A stretch of DNA of 64,000 bases from Phyllobates terribilis (Eukaryota): positions 164,548,001 through 164,612,000 of the forward strand of contig NW_027362768.1 of the NCBI RefSeq assembly GCF_046119375.1. The letters run 5' to 3'. Shown here in pieces: positions 1 through 9,933 of the stretch. The position numbers and the translations under genes were made by a program. The notes beneath the pieces are model-generated. The model was not told the DNA's origin. It searched no databases and saw nothing but the letters and a program-made list of their open reading frames with translations. Position 1 is the stretch's first letter. Every line of letters starts with the position of its first letter.

Positions 1-804
1 ATTAAAAATGAACAAAAAGTTCATTGTGGAAACATAGCCTAAGTGTGACTTTTTTTAGTTGAGTATTTGGAGCAGAAACTCTCCAAAAACTTGAAAGTGT
101 TCAAAAACCAGGAGTTTTGATTAGATAGCTGGATAATTTGCTCTGAAAATTCAGCAAAAAGAAAAACAACTCAGTGTGAACACATCCTAAAGGCTTGTTG
201 ATACTTGGCTTTTATTATGTGCACATTGAATTAAATTACTGACACCTCATCTACATGGTGTTTTGTTTTTTTTTGCATTTGTTGACATCTAGTTAATTTT
301 TTAAAAATACCAGACAATGGCAATTCATTCAGCATTTTAACTGCAATTTTCCCCATTAAGATCAAAATGTCTTAACATCAAAAATCAGTAATTTCCACAG
401 GAGTTTTCTGACCATAGCCTGCATCTTTCATAGTGATAAAAAATATGTAAAAAAATCAACATGTGAACATTCAGTATGCTAGGCGAATTCACCTATCTAT
501 ATATTAGGGTCTGCGGTTCAAGCCAAAAATGTATTCTAAGGATACATTGGAATAGCAACTCTCAGTCTTTATAGACAGATCCAATAGACAATTATATAAA
601 GGAAGTTTTCTGTAGAGGCTGAAGTCAGTGAGGCCAGAACCTCCACCTCACCTAAATAGCCCAAAAATTGCCCGCTTGAACATTGAATATAATAAAAAGA
701 ACATGGTCTGTATTTATTTGGGGGTCTGGTGTGGGGTCTGTTTTTTGTTTTGGAGTTTAGCTGTGACTGTTACTTAGTTCTGAATAATCCCAGTGTAGAC
801 TTAC

Positions 805-968
805 CTCTAGACTGAATACTCTGAGGATCAATCTGTAAATCACCCATGGTGTTCGGTGGGGTTGTGTTTTTCAGTTCTTCATACACTTTATCCACCATCT
901 CTCTGTGGGTCGGGGTTTCTGTCTCATTTGCAAATTCTACATTCATGGAGGGCACTAAGGAACCGCTC
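805..968 (-). CDS. SEA domain C-terminal exon, module A (164 bp; (M)SGSLVPSMNVEFANETETPTHREMVDKVYEELKNTTPPNTMGDLQIDPQSIQSR-G)
   Basis: Acceptor TTTTTCTGGATCCTTTCTGCAG| ends at 969 and donor |GTAAGT starts at 804 (minus strand). GS-hydrophobic motif and the terminal xIDPxSI motif are typical of SEA domains. A paralogous exon of identical length lies at 31710-31873. Confidence 0.85.
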
Positions 969-1148
969 CTGCAGAAAGGATCCAGAAAAATTAGGTTAGA
1001 AGTGTGGAGCATCCAGTGTATTGTGCACAACAGCAGAACGGGGGCTGTAGAAGAGGATTATTCCATGAGAAATTCTCTCCTACACCAAAACCTACATATT
1101 CTACATTGCAGACACTGCAGATTTGCACTTGCACATTTATGTCACTTA

Positions 1149-3467
1149 CTAGATGGTGGCCCGATTCAAACGCATCGGGTATTCTAGAATATGTATGCGG
1201 TACACCGGGCGCAATCAGCAAAGCGGTGCTTAAATTTGGCGCCAATCAGCGAACCGTGTTAGTGAGGACCGGAGAGCGCGTTTAAATTTGGCGCCAATAT
1301 CTCTGATTGGTCGCGGCCGGCGGGCGCGACCAATCAGCACAGCGGTGTTTCAATTTGGCGCCAATATCACTGATTGGTCGCGGCCGGCGGGCGTGACCAA
1401 TCAGCACAGCGGTGGTTAAATTTGGCGCCAATATCGCTGATTGGTCGCGGCCGGCGGGCGCGACCAATCAGCACAGCGGTGTTTCAATTTGGCGCCAATA
1501 TCGCTGATTGGTCGCGGCCGGCGGGCGTGACCAATCAGCACAGCGGTGGTTAAATTTGGCGCCAATATCGCTGATTGGTCGCGGCCGGCGGGCGCGACCA
1601 ATCAGCACAGCGGTGGTTAAATTTGGCGTCAATATCGCTGATTGGTCGCGGCTGGCGGAGGCGACCAATCAGCACAGCTGTGTTTCAATTTGGCGCCAAT
1701 ATCACTGATTGGTCGCGGCCGGCGGGCGTGACCAATCAGCGCAGCGGTGGTTAAATTTGGCGCCAATATCGCTGATTGGTCGCGGCCGGCGGGCGCGACC
1801 AATCAGCACAGCGGTGTTTAAATTTGGCGCCAATATCGCTGATTGGTCGCGGCTGGCGGGCGCGACCAATCAGCACAGCGGTGGTTAAATTTGGCGCCAA
1901 TATCGCTGATTATTCGCGGCCAGCGGGCGCGACCAATCAGCACAGCGGTGTTTCAATTTGGCGCCAATATCACTGATTGGTCGCGGCCGGCGGGCGTGAC
2001 CAATCAGCACAGCGGTGGTTAAATTTGGCGCCAATATCGCTGATTGGTCGCGGCCGGCGGGCGCGACCAATCAGCACAGCGGTGTTTCAATTTGGCGTCA
2101 ATATCGCTGATTGGTCGCGGCTGGCGGAGGCGACCAATCAGCACAGCTGTGTTTCAATTTGGCGCCAATATCACTGATTGGTCGCGGCCGGCGGGCGTGA
2201 CCAATCAGCGCAGCGGTGGTTAAATTTGGCGCCAATATCGCTGATTGGTCGCGGCCGGCGGGCGCGACCAATCAGCACAGCAGTGTTTAAATTTGGCGCC
2301 AATATCGTTGATTGGTCGCGGCCGGCGGGCACGACCAATCACCACAGCGGTGTTTAAATTTGGCGCCAATATCGCTGATTGGTCGCGGCCGCCGGGCGCG
2401 ACCAATCAGCACAGCGGTGTTTAAATTTGGCGCCAATATCGCTGATTGGTCGCGGCTGGCGGGCGCGACCAATCAGCACAGCGGTGGTTAAATTTGGCGC
2501 CAATATCGCTGATTATTCGCGGCCAGCGGGCGCGACCAATCAGCACAGCGGTGTTTCAATTTGGCGCCAATATCACTGATTGGTCGCGGCCGGCGGGCGT
2601 GACCAATCAGCACAGCGGTGGTTAAATTTGGCGCCAATATCGCTGATTGGTCGCGGCCGGCGGGCGCGACCAATCAGCACAGCGGTGTTTCAATTTGGCG
2701 TCAATATCGCTGATTGGTCGCGGCTGGCGGAGGCGACCAATCAGCACAGCTGTGTTTCAATTTGGCGCCAATATCACTGATTGGTCGCGGCCGGCGGGCG
2801 TGACCAATCAGCGCAGCGGTGGTTAAATTTGGCGCCAATATCGCTGATTGGTCGCGGCCGGCGGGCGCGACCAATCAGCACAGCAGTGTTTAAATTTGGC
2901 GCCAATATCGTTGATTGGTCGCGGCCGGCGGGCACGACCAATCACCACAGCGGTGTTTAAATTTGGCGCCAATATCGCTGATTGGTCGCGGCCGCCGGGC
3001 GCGACCAATCAGCACAGCGGTGTTTAAATTTGGTGCCAATATCGCTGATTGGTCGCGGCCGGCGGGCGCGACCAATCAGCACAGCGGTGTTTAAATTTGG
3101 CGCCAATATCGCTGATTGGTCGCGGCTGGCGGGCGCGACCAATCAGCACAGCAGTGTTTAAATTTGGCGCCAATATCGCTGATTGGTCGCGGCTGTCGGC
3201 CGCGACCAATCAGCGAATTGTATTAGTGAGGACCGGGGAGCGGCGCTGCGGGAGATGACCGGCTGCTCGCAGCAGAAATATCCCGACCGGCGGTGCCGCT
3301 CCCCGGTCCTCCCTTCACACTTGCTGCTGATCTCTCGACGGTAGCCGCATGGAGGTCAGCGGCGCCGCCGGTCGGGGTACTTCGGCTGCATCGCCGCTGA
3401 CCTCTGTGCAGAGCGGTGTTTAAAGTTGGCGCCAATATTGCGGGATAAGACAATTATATACATTAGA
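1149..3467 (-). mobile_element. Non-autonomous Helitron (2319 bp) containing a 67-bp satellite
   Basis: On the minus strand it starts TC (3467-3466) and ends CTAG (1152-1149), with a subterminal hairpin CCCGAT/ATCGGG (1160-1179). Inserted between A and T with no TSD. The paralogous intron shows the empty site GTCACTTA|TTTAGAAATAAG at about 32046-32065. Confidence 0.9.
1284..3214. repeat. 67-bp GC/CpG-rich tandem repeat, about 29 units, each with an internal hairpin
   Basis: Unit AAATTTGGCGCCAATATCGCTGATTGGTCGCGGCCGGCGGGCGCGACCAATCAGCACAGCGGTGTTT. ORF-track offsets of 67, 134 and 603 bp confirm the period. Confidence 0.97.
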
Positions 3468-4023
3468 TTTAGAAATAAGTGTGTTTCTTTATATCCTTCT
3501 TATACCAGTCATCCTCACACCCTTCACCCTCCCATGAAATAGACATTTTCCTGTAACTATTCCTATAATTTTACTGTAGAGATGCAGTCTGCTTTACCTG
3601 AGGACAAGGAGTTGCAGCCATAGTCAGACTTTTTGGTGGCTATTGATGGGAATTTTGACCACCTGGTCATTTACCTATATACAAATATATGTTAAATCTT
3701 ACTTTCCTCCATATGGTACGACTGTATGATTCAATGGGAGCTACAGAAACAGCTAAGGGAAAGTGCCCATTGGTTTATTTAATAGTCTGCATTTATATGA
3801 AGCCGCAGCACACGCTCAACCTCCGCTCATTATAAACCGGCTCTCCTGACCCGAGCGTGACAGCACAATATTTCTACGCTCGAATCAGGAGAGCCGCCGG
3901 CCAGTCCGAGGATTGCGGTGCGATCGTCATCCGTGTTATACGGCTGTCTGACTGCGCCAAAATCAGGAGTGGAATAATCAGAGAAAAAGTATAATAAAAA
4001 CACGTCACCACTTCTGCATTTTT

Positions 4024-5783
4024 GAGGGAACCAGGAAAATGCAGCTGAGCAAATCTTCTAAAATCAATTAAATTTATTAGGTCATGAAAATTTAGTAAAA
4101 CACCTTAGGAAGAAATCAGCAAACGCGTTTCGAACTATGAGTTCTTAATCATTGCATGGAAAGAAACCGCAAGGAAATGGCATTATATGTCATATCCTGC
4201 TGATCACATGTTGAAAGGTAAGCCAATCAAAATTAAACAGACATAATGAATAAAAACATATAACATGATAAAATACTTGAATCCCTGTAGTATCCCAGCA
4301 GGGAAAGGATTATAATACAGGAGATAGTAAATGGATAAATGAAGTTATTTAAATTGTATCCACTAATATATGTGGAGGAACAGGATGGGGGAAAGAAGTT
4401 CTCATTCATAATGATACATCAGGTCATGTCTGTTGTTCATGCCGGCCGGTGCGCGTGTGTTCAATGTATAAATCCACCAACTTTCTCTATTAAGGAGCTT
4501 TCTCCTATGATCGCCACCCCTATGTGGTCTTATGACTCTCTCAATACCAATTACACTAAAGACTGTGGTGTCCCCATTATGACACATAGAAAAATGTCTT
4601 GATGCCGCAGAACATTTTGTAGTCAATTTATTATGGGCGTCTGACAGGTGGCGTCTGATACGTTTTTTTAAAGGATTGCAAGTGCATCCCACATATTGAA
4701 GATGGCATGTATTGCATGAAATAATATATATAACGTAGGTGGAGTTGCAATTAATACATTTTTTATATTATATTTTGCATTAGTAGAAAAAGATATGAAG
4801 GTTTTAGTACTAGTTATGTGAGTGCAGCACGTACAAATGGAATGTCCACACTTATAAAAACCGGTTGTGTGTAGCCAGGTAGTTGGACTAGATTGAGTTT
4901 CATTCAAATATAGACTCGGAGATAATAGATCACCCAAAGTGGGTGCTCTGCGGGCTGTGAATCTAACAGGTGTTGAAAGCGCTTCCCTTAATTTAGGATC
5001 CGCATATAGCATGGGTAAGTATTTACTTATTATATTTTTTATTGAAGAAAATTGAGGGCTATATTGAGAAACAAATGTAACATGATCAGACATTTTAGTT
5101 ATGATTTTAGGTTTTGTTCTAATCACATCCCACCTGTCTTTTTTGGTTACAATATGATGTGCTCTATTTAGCATCCAGTCAGGATATTGTTTTGCTGATA
5201 GTCTATTCATAACTTTGTTTGCCTCTGTCTTATATTGTTGTGCGTTACTCGTATTTCTTTTGGTGCGTATTAATTCACCTACCGGTATATTTGTAATAGT
5301 TTTTTTGTTATGACAAGAAGAAGCCAATAAGATGGAATTCCTAGATAGACTCTTTCTATAAGGTGTAATGGCCAGGTAACATCTAAAAAATCAATAGATT
5401 TATGTTGTAAATTATGAGTAAAAGTGAGATTCATGGAATTGTCCGCAATGAATTTGAGAAAGTCCTCTGCTTCTGTCCTTGTCCCATCCCATATCAGGAG
5501 TAGATCGTCTATATAGCGGCCATACCAACTGATATGGGAGGAGAAAGGACTAGAATCCAAAAAAATGAAATGTTCTTCCCAAAAAGCCATGAATATGTTG
5601 GCTATGGATGGCGAGAAACCTGCCCCCATCGATGCTCCACATTTCTGCAGAAAAAATTTGCCATTGAAAGAAAAATAATTGTGGCTAACTAAGAACTCCA
5701 CTGATAGTACTAAAAATTGTTTTAAGTCCTCATTATAAACACTGTATGCATTAAGGTGATATGAAAATTTTTTCTCTTTTGCG
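4024..5783 (-). mobile_element. 5'-truncated, frameshifted Penelope-like retroelement (RT + Cys motif + GIY-YIG endonuclease)
   Basis: RT fragment with HNYFSFNGKFFLQ..G.SMG..FSPSIAN and RYIDDL (5279-5800); linker RRAPTL.D.L and GFYKCGHSICTCC (4668-5327); GIY-YIG C-terminus PLKKRIRRH..ESWWIYTLNT..P.GMN (4402-4692). Three different frames, so it is inactive. The Cys cluster before the endonuclease suggests the Neptune clade. Confidence 0.9.
4118..4155 (-). ncRNA. Minimal type-I hammerhead ribozyme-like motif at the PLE 3' end
   Basis: Minus strand: GCA ATGATTA A GAACT-CAT-AGTTC GAAA CGCG TT TGC. Stem II GAACT/AGTTC, stem I GCA/UGC, palindromic CGCG stem III. The core is A3..U8 instead of C3..G8. 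Confidence 0.55.
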
Positions 5784-6119
5784 ACTTCTGCATTTTTCAC
5801 CCACCCATCATTTTGGCTTACAAATACTGATGTAAAATATTGACCAAATACTGAACGTGTGAACGTGGCCTTAGACTACTTTCCCACGATGAGCTTTTGA
5901 TGAGTTTTTGATGCTGCAGAATTTCTGAACCATTTCTGCACGTATTTAAATTAGGCTACTTGCAGTTTTTCATTGTATTTTTGTATGCGTTTTATAAACT
6001 TGCATTTTTATCTCGTTTTTGAGGCTGCGTTTTTGTTGCGTTTTTGATGTGTTGTGCTTTAAGTAAAGCTGTTTTTGATGCTTCCTGGCATGAAGATATT
6101 CAAGGTAATCCCCTGTCGA

Positions 6120-7378
6120 TCACTGTAGACTGCCAGGCAGGTTTTACAGAGCTTTACATATGTAAATCCGACACCACTGCTGCTCAAGCAGAGGGGAGGG
6201 GGCTAAGAGACACAGTGAGTGACAAAAGCCCCCACCAACAGCAGCTGTGAAGCTGCTGCATGCAGGCCATTCCCCCAAGCCATGTGCTCTTTGTGTAAAA
6301 TACGATAATTCAACAGCGAATTATGGGAAGACGATATATCTCAGTGATAAATCAACCAGATCTTTGGAAACCTAAGATAACGTCACCCTAGCTTTAAACA
6401 CAGTCCAGCGTGCCTGGATGGAGAGATACCCAGCACAGCCTTGCAGGGGCCCCTAGGACCCCAGTGTTAGGTATCCACGTGTAGCAGGGGCCTGGCTGGA
6501 TCCGATGACATCAGAACCAGCTTCCTAGCATCGTCCAGTAAGGAGGTATAGCCCATCTTTGTTTTTGGGAATCTGTAGCTGGGAGAGAACAGGGGTGGAG
6601 ACTTGGGCTCAAGCAGGGGGTGGAAGTGGGAGTGACCCAGAGAGTTTATCAGTCCCTGCTGGCCGAGCCCAGTGTCTTTTCCTGGGCATCAAGTCATGTG
6701 GGGAAAGTCCTGCAACAACAAAGAGAAGGCCTGCACACCTCCCATGTGGCAGCCCTTCCCCGACAGCCATATCTTCCATACAACCGATAACTGACTCTTA
6801 ATAACTGTTTTACATCTTTCGTACCCATGTTTTTGTGTTTGTAACTCTGACCACTGTGTATGTATAACCCTTATGTATATAGTGTATTGTTTAGTGTGCC
6901 CTTATGGCGATTAAATGTATAATTTAACCTTTGGCTGTTTTTTTATCTCAATCCACGAACCTTACGCCTGTTGTTCGGTCCAACGAAACACGCTACCGGG
7001 CTGGTTTCTAGCCCGATATAAGTCTGCTATATCAAATAAAAACTGGTGGCAGCTCTCCCAGTCCGACCAGGCTTTGATTCACTGGATCTAGTGAACGAAG
7101 CCTCTCCGCCTCAGTCAGGGTTGTGGGCACGTGTGCTGCCACGTCAGTGACTGAGTGGGCCTCCTCTCCCCACTCCCTGGTGCCTTCCTGTACCCATGTG
7201 GACAGGGGGTGTCTGTGCATAACTGTACCAATCTGACCTTACGCATCCCTCAGGGGGGTGTGGAATGTCACATTGGTTCAAAGGGCTGATCCGTACCACG
7301 TGCTACATCTGACGTAATTGTGACATCAGGTGGGTGGCGGGGTGTGGATCCATCACAAGTGGTGTCAACAGCGAGATC
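6120..7378 (+). mobile_element. Probable Gypsy-type LTR remnant with adjacent PBS-like sequence
   Basis: Ends ...CATCACA (7357), followed by AG and TGGTGTCA.. (7360-7378), resembling a degenerate tRNA-Leu primer-binding site. No gag/pol follows and the segment is absent from the paralogous intron. The left boundary is uncertain. Confidence 0.4.
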
Positions 7379-7853
7379 CTGCGGGGTCTCCCTGTTGCCA
7401 TTTCTTTTCTTCACACCTGGTATTTGGCTTTGACAAAACTTTATTGATATATACTTAGGTGCGCATTACATGTGTTTTTGATGTGTTTGTCACAGAAACA
7501 CATCAAAGACGCATGTGCGTTTTTTACCTGTGGATTTTACTAATTTAATTCAAATCTATGGGGAAAATCCGCACAGAAAACTCAGTGTATATTCTGCAGA
7601 TGTGAAACACACCACAGGTCAGGTTACGCTGAGTACAAAAAAGCACATTGGGAATGAGATTTCTATAAATCCCATCCACTTTGCTGAAACTGTAAGACGC
7701 TGTGTTTTTGATACAACAAAAATACACACAGTCAAAAACACACCAAGAGCCCATCATGGGAACATAAAATTCCGTTCCTCTATATGGCATGACTATATGA
7801 TTCAATTAGAATTACAGGAACAAGCAAGGGAAAGTGTCTAGTGATTTATTTAA

Positions 7854-8271
7854 AGCACCACTCCTGCGTTTTTTTAATTTCACCACTGGAGTGGTGCTTT
7901 AGATGTAAGTCCCCTGCCCCCTGTCTCATATTTACCTGCCGCCGTCTTCATCCTTTTCCAGCGTTGCTCTCGTCGGTCTCTGGCCAAAAGTGCTGGTAGC
8001 TCCTGTGTTTCATGGATAGGCGCGGAGGTCACGTTTCAATACCAGTCTATGTGGACCTCGTTCTGGCTCTCATAGATTTGCATTGAAGTCTTGTGTTGTA
8101 ACTCTTCTGACTTCTGGCCAGTCAGAGGTTACAGGCACAAGATGGCGCCGGACCGGAGGGCTGTCATTAAAAGGTGAAGCCGCCAGAAGATGAATATAAG
8201 AACGGGTGCAGGGGGCTTACATTTAAGGATCCACTCCAGTGCAGAAAAACAAAACCCGCTGGAGTGGTGCT
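7854..8271. mobile_element. Kolobok/T2-type MITE
   Basis: TIR AGCACCACTCC / GGAGTGGTGCT flanked by TTAA (7850-7853) and TTAT (8272-8275). Homologous uninterrupted sequence TTATTTAATAGTCTGCA is seen near 3775 and 32360. Confidence 0.7.
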
Positions 8272-8918
8272 TTATTAGTCTGCAGCTATATGAAGCCGCA
8301 GAACACGCTCAACTACCGCTCATTATAACTTCTGAATGTTGTGCTGTGATTGAAGAAAAGGGGACAAAGGGCCCTACATTATTCATCATGGGGGTCACAA
8401 CATTTTAATATTAATCACCAGTAATCTGACGTCTGACTCAGTATCTGTCTTGGATAAAGAAAAGTCTTAGGGGCCGATTCATCTGGCTTTTGCACCTTTT
8501 TTCTAGTATAAAAATTGTTCTAAGAGCGACTCTGTGTTTGCACTCTATTCATTATTTCATTTGCACATTTTTTCAGTTTACTTGTTTGTTTTGTTTTTTT
8601 TTGTTTTTCTTTCAGCATTTTCAAGGTGGTTTTTAGTCATCATTTTTTACTTTTTAAAATGTCACAATTTTTTGAGCAATTGTACCCCAGTACCTTATAA
8701 AATCTGTCAAATAATTTTGCATAGTTGAAGAATAACATGTGACATTTTAAAACTCATTGGAGATTGTGTCTCATTTTACTCTAAATAGGTGTAAAAAAAG
8801 CCCAAAAAAGAAACATCTTTGAATTTGCACTAATTTATCAAACTTTGTGAGTCCATTTTTATGAATTTTGAGCAAAATTGTAACAAATTCTTCACACTTA
8901 TATATAATAATCACTTAC

Positions 8919-8980
8919 ATGAATTCTATGTCTCTTATTGTTTTAACCGCCCACCAAATTATCCTTAAAATTTTCAGCAC
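8919..8980 (-). CDS. SEA domain middle micro-exon, module A (62 bp; VLKILRIIWWAVKTIRDIEF-M)
   Basis: Strong acceptor CCCTTTTCTCCTTTCATCTCTCTCTACAG| (AG at 8982-8981) and donor |GTAAGT at 8918. Phase 0 in and phase 2 out, exactly bridging the flanking exons. The paralog is 59 bp (frame preserved). Confidence 0.8.
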
Positions 8981-9312
8981 CTGTAGAGAGAGATGAAAGG
9001 AGAAAAGGGTGAGAGCTCCAGTAATGACAGTGGTAATACCCTCATCATCCGATGTTGTAGCTTCTAGTCTGGTCTGCTGCAGTCTACACTCCTAGATTTG
9101 ACCGACGCAGCAGATGATGAACATGTAATTAAAGGAAGAGGAAATGGTGCAAAATGTGTCCCAAATCTACTACATCTGTTCTGATCAGTCGTAGATTTCA
9201 TTATTATAACTGTCAAAAAGATAAAAATGCAAAACATTACTGATATCGTAGGAACCTTTTAATGAGTTAATTTCACCTCCTTTCTTAGACTGGTTTTAAA
9301 ACAACACTATTA

Positions 9313-9738
9313 GACCTGATTCCGACATCCATATAATCAGTCTGAGTGCCAGCAGTGCTTTGCATTTGATTTTCATCAGAGTTTGGCCTTTGTGTCAGAA
9401 TTTATCAGTTATTTTCAAGCCGCAAGTAGAAAAAAAAAAGATTACAAAGCTTCTCCTATCTATTACAATGTTAATCATGGGCAGCACACGGGCAGCCCAC
9501 ACTGATGCCATCCAAGTGCTGTCCGTAATTTTCACTGACCAAAGACTTGTATCTGTAATTTTGATCTGTAGCTCAGATAAAAAATTAACATGTCCCAGGG
9601 ATTTTTGTGCAGACACAAACTCGACAAAAAACGGACATGTGAATAAGCACCATAGACTTTAATAAGCACCGTATATGTTTTATCTTTGAAAATCACGGAT
9701 GGAATATGTGCAAAACTCTCGGACATCTGAATGAGGCC
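9313..9738. mobile_element. PIF/Harbinger-type MITE, shared with the paralogous intron
   Basis: TTA-GACCTGATTCCGACATCC ... GGACATCTGAATGAGGCC-TTA (imperfect TIR, TTA TSD). Present at the same position in module B, so it predates the duplication. Confidence 0.65.
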
Positions 9739-9933
9739 TTAATGCATGTGGTTTACAGGAATCCATTAAATTAGATGAAACCTCCCACAGTGGAGAGGAT
9801 CAGATGAGAGAATAAATCTTCCATATCTCTGCCTGGTAGTACATGGTACAACATCAGCGTCTTATGAAATACATATAGAATGCATCCTAACAATGTTTAA
9901 AAAGAGTATGGAGATTAATACATTGTTACTTAC

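Noticed and set aside
846-1187. + strand ORFs 846-1187 and 31751-32128 conserved between the copies
   Set aside because: Antisense to the SEA exon and running into intron; conservation reflects the duplication.
1284-3214. CRISPR-like appearance of a palindromic repeat array, and the 61-66 aa ORFs in it
   Set aside because: Units are contiguous with no unique spacers, there are no cas genes and the context is eukaryotic; the ORFs arise from the 67-bp period.
5800-6060. MITE-like fragments at about 5800-6060, 7450-7770, 28280-28730 and 36930-36990
   Set aside because: They look like Harbinger-type MITE pieces, but I could not pair TIRs and TSDs reliably, so they are not listed as features.
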